A stretch of DNA of 64,000 nt, from NCBI GenBank assembly GCA_965644495.1, contig CBFFSA010000018.1, positions 62,001-126,000 on the forward strand, given 5' to 3'. Shown one piece after another: positions 22,119-32,686 of this stretch; position 1 is the first letter of the stretch, and every line of letters begins with the position of its first letter. Made by a program: the position numbers and the translations under genes. The notes beneath the pieces were generated by a model, which saw only the letters and a list, made by a program, of their open reading frames with translations, did not search any database and had not been told where the DNA came from. This DNA comes from Perkinsela sp. CCAP 1560/9 (Eukaryota; Protista; Euglenozoa: Kinetoplastea).

Positions 22119-22697
22119 TTAGTCAACATTCTTGAGTGTAATGTTTGTGCCGTACCATGCTCGGTAACGTAAACTGGTCGGAAGTTTGTTACAATCTATT
22201 GAACCATAAAGTTCAGGGTTCAAACTCAAGTATAACACTTGTAACCCTTCGTGCAAATTTTGAAAATAGACATTGCCACAAAAATTGTTGCTTTGTAGGT
22301 GCATTTCTTTCAGGCTATGTGGCAAATTGTGTAGCAACACTTCACCCGTCAGATAATTACGATGCAGTGAAAGTATCACCAATTGGGAGGGGAGGATATC
22401 CCACGAAACTGTTCCGCAGAGTGAATTGAGAGCAACCTCGAGTGTAAGAAGAGTAGAAGGCAGATAGGACCACTGAAGACTTCCGTTCAAGCCGCAGTTA
22501 TACCATCCAACATTAATTATGTTTTGGTCCGTATCACACGTTATGCCGTTCCAGGAGCACGCTGGAGTGTTTTCGCTCCACCTCTCGCCGTAAAAAGAAA
22601 CTGAAATATTTTTCACCAGAAGGGCAAGATGATATTCCTGGGGAAACACCCCGCCACGCACCTTTGCAGCTCGTGGTGTAGCAGAAGAAGCACTCAT
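22119..22697 (-). CDS. LRR protein
   Basis: KVRGGVFPQEYHLALL...CSWNGITC cap plus LRRs. Confidence 0.88.
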   Translation of the reverse strand: MSASSATPRAAKVRGGVFPQEYHLALLVKNISVSFYGERWSENTPACSWNGITCDTDQNIINVGWYNCGLNGSLQWSYLPSTLLTLEVALNSLCGTVSWDILPSQLVILSLHRNYLTGEVLLHNLPHSLKEMHLQSNNFCGNVYFQNLHEGLQVLYLSLNPELYGSIDCNKLPTSLRYRAWYGTNITLKNVD

Positions 22698-23000
22698 TAT
22701 CTTCGTTGTACAGAACGGAAAGAAAAAAAGATTGATTGGGTTTTCTACGACCTATTGTCGTCTCACTGTTGTCGCTAGAAAAAAGCTTTGCATTTTTTGC
22801 AGTCTTAAAAGTACAAATATAGGTTGCGGATGTAATGTGTGTGATTTCGTGCATCTCGCGGATTTTTTGTATGATCTCATTTCGATCTCTATCCGCGGAA
22901 GAAATTACCATCTACATTGTTCCCTGACGTTTGAGATATATCAAATGTCGTTCCATTCTATCACGATCAAATACAAACCCACTACCTTACATGACAAATT

Positions 23001-23741
23001 TTATTCGTCCTGGTGACCAATTTGTATATTCTCGGATGCCGTATTGTTTGACTGCACAATCTCCGTAAACCTGTTAAATGACACATCCACCTTAAGACCT
23101 CGCTTAACAACCTCCGAAAGGTCACATTTACCATTAAATTTGTTGTTCCTAACGTAGAGCTCCTCCATATCCCGTGGCAAATCGCTCATATCCAACTCCC
23201 CCTCCAGCTGGTTAAACGACAGCATCAGACTTTGCAACGTCCTCGGCAAATCGTTCAAACCAACCTCACCAGAAAAATGATTGAATCCCACACTTAACCG
23301 AGTCAACGAAGGGGGTAGTGAGCTCAGGTCACATTTTCCCTCAAATTGGTTATCGGTGAGATAAAGTTTTTTCAACTCCGGGGGGAGCTGAGTGAGATCA
23401 AATTCCCCCGTGAAGGCATTGTGGGAAAGATTGAGCTCTTCTAAACACTCTGGGGCCTCGCGGAGGTTTACTGGGCCTCGCAGGTTGTTGTGACTGACGT
23501 CAATGCGTACCAGACGCTGGGGGAGGTAATCCCAACTAAGCGTACCACCGAGTCCTAAGGCACACCAGCGCAGCGCAACCGGGTGATCCTCCTCGTCACA
23601 TGTCACCCCTTCCCACGAGCGTAGGCCGGACATGAAATATCGGAGTTGGGGGAACAGATAAAAGCTTAGGTAAAGTACGGGTGAAGAAAGTGTGAGAGTA
23701 AAAAATAGGAGAATGTGTACGGTGTTGACTATACCACTCAC
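23001..23741 (-). CDS. LRR protein (N-cap partly missing)
   Basis: WEGVTC followed by ~7 LRRs; lacks the VRG...PQEY segment. Confidence 0.8.
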   Translation of the reverse strand: MSGIVNTVHILLFFTLTLSSPVLYLSFYLFPQLRYFMSGLRSWEGVTCDEEDHPVALRWCALGLGGTLSWDYLPQRLVRIDVSHNNLRGPVNLREAPECLEELNLSHNAFTGEFDLTQLPPELKKLYLTDNQFEGKCDLSSLPPSLTRLSVGFNHFSGEVGLNDLPRTLQSLMLSFNQLEGELDMSDLPRDMEELYVRNNKFNGKCDLSEVVKRGLKVDVSFNRFTEIVQSNNTASENIQIGHQDE

Positions 23742-23958
23742 ACAGGGTAGACTAATGTATTAAACGGGTTACAGGTTAACATACCGAGAATTCCCCCCCC
23801 CCCTACTTTTTCCCTACCAATCACATCATAATATATTGTTCCAGCGCGCCACAACTGTTGCTAACTGTAATTTCCGTTTCGGAAACATCGTAGATCATGT
23901 CCACATGTGCCCCTACAATTTGTAGGTTGCCCCGCAATTTCACATTGTTATGTATGTG

Positions 23959-24537
23959 TTTTATCATGCACTTATAGTGCAGAGATTTGCTCACCATGTC
24001 CTTATCCCGCATACGACGGGTGGACCATGTGAGGTTTCGTCCTCGCCGGAGGTGTGCGGGTGCGGAGAGCTGGCGTCCCAGGTGCAGAGAGCTCGGTTGT
24101 CATGTGCAGGTGCAGAGAGCCGGATGCGTAATCCCCATATTACAGTTTCGAGGGCAATCCGGGTGCAGAGAGCTGCGACAGAGCCGAGGTGCGGTGAGCT
24201 GGGCGACCGCCAGGTGCAGAGAGCCGAGTCTCGTCGGCGGAGGACACGTCTAGTGGTCCTCAAGGGAGGCCACCGTGACGCATGGCCCTCTCGGAGAGGA
24301 AAAAGACAAGTCGAAAAAAAGCCGAGAGGGGGAAGCACACTCACTCCAGGGGAGTGAGTCGGGGAGGGGTGAAGTGGTGAAAGCGCGTCCCCTGCTTCAG
24401 CGACAAGAGGGACAGTTCCGACCTTAGTGCCGGCCGGCAACGGGCATGAAAATACAGTAAGAGTATGCCCGTTGCCGGGGAAAGAAAGGATGAACTAAGG
24501 AAAAAGTACCAACAAGGTACAGAAACTGTATCTTTAT
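23959..24537 (-). mobile_element. SL-headed non-autonomous retroelement, subfamily A, full length
   Basis: SL relic 24537-24510, then GTACTTTTTCCTTAG; nearly identical to 48753-49324. Confidence 0.92.
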
Positions 24538-24599
24538 CATCGTCCGAAGAGATGCAGGTAGCGCACTAAAATCAATATTGCCTTCAAAATTGTTGAAAG

Positions 24600-24603
<4 letters not shown>

Positions 24604-24630
<27 letters not shown>

Positions 24631-27600
24631 TATCATGTAGAAAATATTCTACAGAGATCAGACGGTGAATATGGGAGTTCCATATTACGCGCACAAAACG
24701 CGTTGAAATCACCTGACAGTCAGCGACTCACTCCCCAGAACTAACCTCCATCCACTGTTTGTTCTCGCGGTGCTGGAAAATTATGAAACTTCCCCGGAGA
24801 GCGCTACTCGTCATATTTCGGCGACACACTGCAACCGCTTCTTCATTTCCCATGTAGAGAGAGTTGAGCGTTCGGGCCGACATATGCAGTTTGCCTCTCG
24901 CTCCCACCTCGAAGACGAGTAGGAATGTGGTAGGATGGTCGAGTTTTCTAGAGTGATATAAACTCGTGTACTTTTCTATTTTGCGCTCGTGTGCGAACTC
25001 AAAATTCTCCTCCCAAGGGCAGGTAAGTTCTATAATGTATTCTTCTCCGTTAGATAGTTTCACCCATCCGTCAGGACGTAGCTCAGTATCAAGGTTCGTG
25101 AGCCACGCGGGGGTGGAGCGGAAGTGGGGGAGATCGAAGTGACATTGACTAGTGGAGGAGAATCGTTGTACGGAGTTCGCTAATGCCTGTAGTACCATGT
25201 TATGCCGTAGGGTATACCTCCCTTGTTCGAGTGACTTCCTACAACCAGATAGAATATGCCGCGTAGTTTGTGTCTCAGTGTCACATATGGGACATTTATC
25301 GCTCGCATGTCGATACGCCCCACCTACGAAGAGATGCCCTGGTTGGGAGCGGCGTCTCGGTAAGCACTGAGGATGTGAACCGCGAAAGCGATTCACTCTT
25401 GAGGTTGCATAGGGCGGCGGCGAAGACTCTCGCAAGGTCTGCTTCCGTTGCGATTCTGAACCATCGTCCTGCTACGGCAGTACGCCGTTGGACGGCTTCC
25501 GTGAGGTGTCGCTCGTATTCGCTTCCAAGGAGTCTTCGGACGTTACTATGGCTTGTACTGTGCATATCCGTCGGCGGGCGAATGTATCCTGCTCTCCTTT
25601 TGTTCGCTTCTCGCCTGATGCGCTCACGTAAAGCGTGCTGGACCTCGGGATCACGCGATTTATCCATTTGTTCCATTGTCCCCACAGTGGAAAGAAGCCA
25701 AAGTTTTGACAGACTCATGAGATTCCAGCCATGCTCTGAATAGAGCAGCTCACTAGTTGCTGATTTCGCTACGTTTAACCATTTCCGAATTTCGCGTGTG
25801 GCGCATCGCTGTAGACGAAGTACGTGATTGAAGGTAAGGCATGAGTTCACGACGAAGGAATACCGCAGACGAGAGATGATGCCGTTATTGTATATCCACA
25901 GGCGCGCGGGAAGGTCATGTGCGCTGGAAGATATATTACGCAACCAGGCTCGCAGACGGGTTCGTAGTTTTAGAAAGAGTGTCTTGCCTTGTTGAGCACC
26001 GGGTGCGAGCGTCATGCCTAAAAATGTGCTACCATTATCACATATGTGTGGGATAGGTGACGTGCCGATCATGATCTGTGGTCGGCGTGTCATATATCCA
26101 GAGTCTTGCGTCATCGCCATGTGTTGCAGCCGGCATTTTTTCACGTTTAGTTTCATCCCAATATCGCTTAGAACTTTGACGAGTGCGTTTGTAGCATTCT
26201 GCATTTCCTGGGGGGTATTTGTCAGAATAGTGAGGTCATCTGCGAAGGCTTTTAGAAAAATTTCTTTCGCATTCCACGTGATCCCGTATTCGGGGCAACT
26301 TGAACGGACAAAACGCAGAACTAGCTCCATCGCCAAGTCGAATAAAATAGGTGAAAGCGTATCTCCCTGCAATACACCACGACCTATCTCAATAGACTTC
26401 GTGAGTCCTTCTGCACATTTAATTTGTATAGACGCTCGTTCGTACAGCGCTTTGATGTAGTTAATGAGGATCGGTGAGACGCGCGCCCATTTTAAGGCCT
26501 GAAATAAAATTGTATGGGGTATAGATCCAAACGCGTTTTTGATATCAAACTAGGCAAGCACGTATTGCCTTTTGTGGCGCCGCTGGTGCTCGAGGAGCTC
26601 GCAAAGGACCTGGGTGTGCTCAACTGTCCCATTCATATGCGGCAAGAAGCCTTTTTGTATTGTTGTGTCCAGGGCATTGGAATCCAGGGAATGCTGAAGG
26701 ATACGGTGACTGAGGATTGAGTGGAAAAGCTTCCCAATGCAGCTAGTCAAGCTTATCGGCCGCCAGTTTTCCATACTTGAGGTGGGGCCCCCTTTGTGGA
26801 TAAGTCGAGTGACCGCAGTTTTCCAGGTTGGAGGGCATACACCAAATTTTAGGACATCATTAAACACCTGTGCCATGTGAGTAAAGACAGGGGCGCAGCG
26901 CTTTAGCAGCGCGTTCGATACAGTGTCCGAGCCTGGGGCAGCCCCAGAGCGTTTGGATGCGACGGCTGCTGCGATCATGTCTGAGTCAATATCTGACCAT
27001 TGCATCTCATCAAGGGGAATTGGTTTCGTAAATTCTGCGGGAGGAATCTTGTGTATCTCTTCTGGTCTAGACATTGAGCCCACAAAGAATCTTTCAACCT
27101 CCTGTACAGGAACTGTAGGGTAGGACGTCTCAGTTTCTGAGGTAGATGGGTCGACGCGATCTAAGCATTCGCCCGCGGCTGTCCAGGGATTTCGCTGGAA
27201 TCGCGTAAGAGCCCACCGTCGATCGATTTCTTTCCTCTGCATACTGGATTCTTCCATTTACTGCTTTAGTGCCTTTTCGGCTTCCTTTATTTTCCCTCGT
27301 TGCTTGTTTCTCGCAGGACCCTTCATGAACGTTAGCGCACGTTTAAGTTGTCGAACGTGTTGACTGAGTACTTTCACTGTGCGTTCAATGGCTAAGGGTC
27401 GTGAGTTTCTTCGGGCTCTGCCAGTTCTGGTCCGTATAAGAAAGCCGTGCGTCGGATCGTTTTCCCGTGCGGCCTCGAATGCAGTTACAGCGAGGATTGC
27501 TGAGAGTATTTCAGCTTGCGACAGGGCGTCCTCTTTGTTTCGCGCCAGGTGGATATACGAGTTGCAGCGTTCCTCGATCTTCGCAATAATACTCTCCCAC

Positions 27601-29477
27601 TGTTCCTCTGTGAAACGGACTAAAACGCGACCTCCATTCATTGTGCGGAATGTTTCGAGTAGGTTCTGCAGTTCAGGGAGAGGTCGGGTAGCCGGGACTT
27701 ACCGGACACGAGGGATGCGCTGCAATATCGTGTGTTCGCAGTTTCCTTCTGGTGGGGGAGGTAAAGGTAAGGGCAGAGGCGTGGGATCTGTTGCGGACTG
27801 CACAAGGGGTAAAGAAGGTGAGGAGCGGCGTACAGAAGGGGAATCATGTTGCGGGGCGTGGACAAGTGGTGCATTCCGCACAGGGCTCAGTATTGGACTC
27901 GAGCGATTCGAGGGGTTTGTGTGAACTGGGGGGTAGGTTGTTGCGCGTGGAGGGGGCGGTAGTGAAGCTTTTGCGGCGCGTTCCGCATCACCCATTGCAG
28001 GGCACAGTATATTTCTCGTGGTCCAGCATATGGCAGAGTACGCTACTTCAGCGACTTTGAGGAGAACTCCTTTCTGGCAGCATTGATGTTTACATGTTGC
28101 CTTGTCCTTACATTTATGAGCGCAGTTGCGACGAGGGGCTGTTGGGGCAGGGGTGTTGTTGTCATTGCTGGTGTGCAGGTCTGGAGAGGTACGGACGGGT
28201 TCGCGGAGTACAACCTCCGTGCTAGGTTGTATGACACCATTTTTGCAACATCGATGCTTGCACTGAGCTTTGTTGCTACATATGTGCCGACAGGGGCGAT
28301 AATTGACTTCATTGGTTGATGTTTGTGTGTGGTGTGTGGCGTCATCCATGCATCCTAGTGAGGGCGGATTTACGGTCGGGAGCTCCGGATCCCTGACCTC
28401 TTCGAAGTGTCCGATGTCTGGTGTGGTATGCTGATCGGTGTCTATGGATAAGTCTGCTGGTAGTGGACTACTTGCTCGAGCTATGGGTGGTTCCACGAGG
28501 GGTAGCACTGGTTGAGGACTACTTTGGGCATTGTAATGGGGACCCCCACTTTGCAACACTTGTGCAGACAATTTCTTTTGTCGCGGCATGTGTGTTTGCA
28601 CGGTCTTCTGTGAGAAGTAAGTGAGGGTTCCATAGGGGCAACGTCCTCGGGAGAGGGAAGAGACACGTTAGGCGGAAGAGATCCTTCGTGTCGTACTTTG
28701 CAACATGCGTGGAGACACGATGTTTTGTCCCGGCATTTATAAGCGCATGAGGCACGTGGTTCGAGAGCGTGTTTTGAGGCATATGATGGCGGTGACACCT
28801 TGTAAGAGTCATCTCGGATCCTATAGGGTGCGTCGTAGGTGATCTCTGGGTGACCCCGTAGTAGTTCAATGGGTTGTGTTTTTCGAGTTACGTGTGTGAT
28901 TTGGAATTTTCGTAATCCTGGGATGTCACTACCACATAATTTCTTCGTGACCGCTTTGCCGAGCGCGTTCGAAGAGGAGTACACTGCGTTAAGCTGCATG
29001 AACGAATCCCTGTAGGCGGAACTCCAGCTGGCGTGACAAAACGTGCGACTTGGGTTTCCCGTTTCTTGGTATTTTAGGTGTTCACATGCGTTGTTTTCAA
29101 TGACATCTTGAATTGTACACGATTTGATTATCAGACCATCACTTCTTTTGCTTTCCGACTTCAAGGTTTTGCCGATCGAGGCTTCAGCCGTGTGGACACT
29201 CGAGAAGAACTCTCGTTCTGTGAGGGCAATGGCTGCGGCATGCGTGTCTGGGAAATATGACCATGTGACGCTGTCCGAGGGGCGGATTTTGACGGGCATC
29301 GCTCGACTTTGGATGAAGTGAAAGCTCTGGGGATGTCGCTGCGCGCTGACAGGTCCTCGAGGGAGGCCGTCGTGCGCGATGGGAGCCGGTGAGGTGACAT
29401 TGGAGGCCATGCTCCGGAAGATAAAGTTAGTACAAAATTGAAAATAATTCAACAAGGTACAGAAACTGTATCTTTAT
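24604..29477 (-). mobile_element. RLE-type (R2 group) non-LTR retrotransposon, SL-headed, degenerate single ORF
   Basis: SL relic 29477-29450; ATG at 29410; four Cys motifs; RT motifs (APGSD, WRPISL, QKGF, DIKNAFGSIPH, QGDTLSP, FADD); CCHC knuckle CPICD...HILSGC; endonuclease RPDG...IELTCPWEE...KIEKY; (TA)n tail. Has two in-frame stops and about three frameshifts. Confidence 0.95.
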
Positions 29478-30010
29478 TGACAACCTCAATCGAAGGTGGT
29501 AAGAATAAGAAATTTGGAGTTCCAGAAAATTCGTTGTATGAGAGTGAAAGAATTTTCAATGTTACCGGTAAGAACTGAAATGGCACTTCGCCAGAGAGCT
29601 GGTTTTCCCAGATTTCGAAGCACTCTAAGCTTGACGGTAAGTACTTCCAATTTAGAGACCCGGAAAGATATTCTCTGCTCCAATCTATTGCAATTACACC
29701 TTGCTTACCACATGTCACCCCACCCCAATTTTCTACGTCCATATTAGTGTCCCGCGAAAAGTTTTCCACATCTTGTGTAAGTCGCGCTAAATCGTATTCC
29801 TGTGGGAAGGACACCCCACGTACTTTTGATGAACGTTGGACGTGATGATCATCAGAACTTGGTGTCATGTGGTCCTTTGTACCGGTTTCCTTGGGTAGTG
29901 CGTGACTATCGGTAAAGTGGAAGGAAAAGAGCATTACTGAGGAATAATGTGCCACCGAATAAAAGCAAGAGAAATTAAACCTGACTTCTAGCTTTTCGAA
30001 AAGCGAGGTA

Positions 30011-30291
30011 CCGTAGACCCCCCCTACTAATAGAATCGATTTGGGGGCAAAATGGCCAAATCTTTGTTACTGGGGGGGTATGCTTTTTGGGTGAGAAAGA
30101 ACCTTTTTTGTTCATGAGTGCGTTGATTTTCTGCTCAGACAACCCCGCAACAACGCCATTCGCTCCCTCGGAACCGCCCTCCCCCCGCCCAAACACCCCT
30201 TCCACCCTCCAACGACCCTCCGAGCCAAATCCTTGTTACTGGGGGTCAGCCGAAAAAGGGTCAAATCCTTGTTACTTGGGGGGGTCTACGG
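30011..30291. mobile_element. pogo/Tc-like MITE
   Basis: TA|CCGTAGACCCCCC...GGGGGGTCTACGG|TA; internal aaatc(c/t)ttgttactggggg repeats. Confidence 0.85.
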
Positions 30292-30552
30292 TAACAATCA
30301 ATTTTTTTAATTTTTTTAAACGGATTGTTACAGACTCCCAAGAACAACTTCGGCCATTCAACCTATAGAAACTCTATAAGTAAGGGGCTGCGGGTTGCGG
30401 GTTCGGTGATGCACACCCACATCCCCTCAAGCGTTGTCTTCTAAGATACCACGACTCCCGTACGAAGGATTGAAATTTCAACCACCCACTCCTCCCAATT
30501 GTGTTCACCCTCCACACAAAAAAACGCAAACTCACATCCCCCCTTCCCCCCG

Positions 30553-32295
30553 TCACCGAAACACATCATACTCCCCCGGGTCACACCCCTCCACCTCCCT
30601 CCACCTCTTAAACCTCTCCACCACCCTCCCCCCTTCCTGGGGTTTATAAAAAATGGGCTGGTAAAAATGCCGCAGCTCCTTTTCCTGCACCCTCCGCATC
30701 CCGGCCCGGGCCCCCCTCCCCACCACAGGGCCCTCCAGCGGGTCGATCCCAAACCCCCCGTGGTGACCGAACCCGCTGAACAGCCGTGAGGCGTGCAGCG
30801 GGCCTGTCTGGAGGGCGTGAGAGGGTTTCCATTTCATTGAAGATAAATTTAAAGAAGAAGAAAAAGAAGAAGAAGAAGAAGAAGAAGAAGAAGAAGAAGA
30901 AGCGCCTTCCCCCGAGGATGCAGAGCCCAACGACACGTTGTGCCTACCCTTCGCTACGCGCTTCGTGTTCGGTTGAGGCTCTTTCGGAGCGGCCCTGGCC
31001 CCCTCCGCGGTGAGTGTGCTGTGGAGCTGGAGGAACAGGGCCCGGGCCTGGGCGTCGCTGCAGGTGGTGCAGCGTACCCAGGGGAGGGCGGCGGCCTTCC
31101 CGAGGGCGAAGATGCGCGGGAAGGACTGCAGCTGGAGGAACCGGGTCACTTTGAGGTGTCCGGTGGGGGAGAGGTGGGGGGAGAGGAAGGAGGGGCTGCT
31201 GCTGTTGTCGTTGTTAGAGAGGAAGAGAGGCTCCGAGAGACGAGGGGTGCCGCCGGTGCAAAAGAAGATGTAGTCGAAGTTAGGGGCGTGGGAGGTGTCA
31301 TTCGAAGGGGAGGAAAATGTAGAGGAAGAGGGTGAGGGATTTGTTGTCTCGGGATCGGGAGAGGGGGGTTGTTGGTCGGTGGGGGGTGGCGTTGGGGGGT
31401 TCTTGGCACCAAAGTAGATTTGGTAGAGAATGGAGCGTCGACGGTGAAGGAGGGAAAGGTTGTTGGATTTGGGGCTAAATACGTGGGTGAGGGAGTATTT
31501 CGGGTGCGAGGTAGGGCTGGCTACCTCCTCCGAGGGGGCTGCGGAAAAAAACCACGACCAACGAAACAGCGAAGGAAGCCATCTCCATGGTTTTGTTACG
31601 GTCACATTCACCACTTCCCGGTTGTAGTGCACAGTCACACTGGACTCCCGGTCCAAACCTTCAGTAACGTAGCGCTGTACCAGGGGAGGGGTGCGCGGTA
31701 CAAGCGTGTCTGTGCGGTGAAACAGATGTATTTCCTTCCCCTTTTCCCCGTAGCTCTCCGCGAGGGATTTCGCCATGTGCACTCCCATGGGCCCTCCGCC
31801 CACGACGGCTATCCGACGTACCGACTTCGATCCAATAAACCGGTTCAGCGCACGGATCTCCGCAATACGTTGAGCCTTTGTGCGGGCAGCAGAGTGGAAC
31901 GGGAAGGCTTGGGCCTCCCCCGGGGACAGGACCAGCAGGTCGTATGGGATCACCGTGCCGTCCCGCAGTCGGACGGAATCCGAGGCTACCTCGGTGACGG
32001 TGGAGGTGATTACGTTCCCCCGGGCGAGGTAGTACCGGTGGAGGGGTAGAATATTGTGGGCGTACTTTTCGAGATGATCACTCCAGGGCTGGGTGAACAG
32101 CGGGATGAGGTTTGGTGTGTGCTGAAAGTAGTTTTTGTGGTCAATGAGCGTCACGCGGAGGAGGGAATTCGTGTAGTACGCCAAGGTGGCCCCGGTATAA
32201 CCTCCGCCGATGATCACGAGGTGGGGGGCGGAACTTGGGGAGGGGAGTTCCAGATCTTTCTCGGTCAGGAAGGGGTCCTTGGGACGGGATAGCAT
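30553..32295 (-). CDS. FAD/NAD(P)-dependent oxidoreductase (AIFM2/FSP1-like)
   Basis: VIIGGGYTG and AVVGGGPMG Rossmann motifs; YDLLVLSPG; IFALG. Confidence 0.85.
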   Translation of the reverse strand: MLSRPKDPFLTEKDLELPSPSSAPHLVIIGGGYTGATLAYYTNSLLRVTLIDHKNYFQHTPNLIPLFTQPWSDHLEKYAHNILPLHRYYLARGNVITSTVTEVASDSVRLRDGTVIPYDLLVLSPGEAQAFPFHSAARTKAQRIAEIRALNRFIGSKSVRRIAVVGGGPMGVHMAKSLAESYGEKGKEIHLFHRTDTLVPRTPPLVQRYVTEGLDRESSVTVHYNREVVNVTVTKPWRWLPSLFRWSWFFSAAPSEEVASPTSHPKYSLTHVFSPKSNNLSLLHRRRSILYQIYFGAKNPPTPPPTDQQPPSPDPETTNPSPSSSTFSSPSNDTSHAPNFDYIFFCTGGTPRLSEPLFLSNNDNSSSPSFLSPHLSPTGHLKVTRFLQLQSFPRIFALGKAAALPWVRCTTCSDAQARALFLQLHSTLTAEGARAAPKEPQPNTKRVAKGRHNVSLGSASSGEGASSSSSSSSSSSSFSSSLNLSSMKWKPSHALQTGPLHASRLFSGFGHHGGFGIDPLEGPVVGRGARAGMRRVQEKELRHFYQPIFYKPQEGGRVVERFKRWREVEGCDPGEYDVFR

Positions 32296-32686
32296 GACAG
32301 GTGATGAAACCCAAGGAGACTAGTATCATCAGTAATGTTCCTAAAGACTAAATATTAAAAAAATAATTTTAAGCAATACTCCAAACGCTTGATTGCGGTA
32401 CAAGAATAAAAGGGACACGATACGAAATGCTAATGATCTGTTTCCTTACGTTTGCATTTTCTTCAGAGTAATGCCTCAACTTTCTATTCATTTTCAAGCC
32501 TTAACCTCGAAAACTTGCATTCACAAATTTTTTGACCCCAACCTGGTTTGGGGGGCGTAGGGGGTCGCTCGAGTGAAAACGATACTGGATTCGGACAGTG
32601 GATTGGGTAGAAAAACGGTGGTATGTAAAATATTTCTAAGGACAAAATGTTAATGACAGATACTGTAGATGCAGATGTATTCCCTT

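Larger units (their letters stand above)
23821..29955 (-). pseudogene. LRR gene interrupted by the retrotransposon and by a subfamily A element
   Basis: 29955-29476 (160 codons, ...LPPSIEVVN), 24603-24538 (22 codons, ISFNNFEG...LPASLRTM) and 23958-23821 (HIHNNVKLRG...*) rejoin in frame. Confidence 0.92.

Noticed and set aside
23950-24440. Recurrent ORFs such as ...ARLSCAGAESRMRNPHITVS... and MPAGTKVG...
   Set aside because: These are translations of the non-coding repeated element, with starts and stops that vary between copies.
23959-24540. ATGATAAA as a target-site duplication
   Set aside because: TGATAA is the element's own 3' end (also at 48753 and in the LINE) and ATAAA is its SL head, so the match is coincidental.
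26550-27260. Stop-codon reassignment suggested by in-frame TAG/TAA in the RT ORF
   Set aside because: The same element also has frameshifts, and housekeeping genes are open and end at standard stops.
24604-29955. Diversity-generating retroelement (RT next to variable LRR genes)
   Set aside because: The RT is non-LTR type with a CCHC knuckle and RLE. I saw no template/variable repeat pair differing only at adenines.
30852-30902. (GAA)n microsatellite / poly-Lys ORF
   Set aside because: It is the poly-Ser tract of the minus-strand oxidoreductase.
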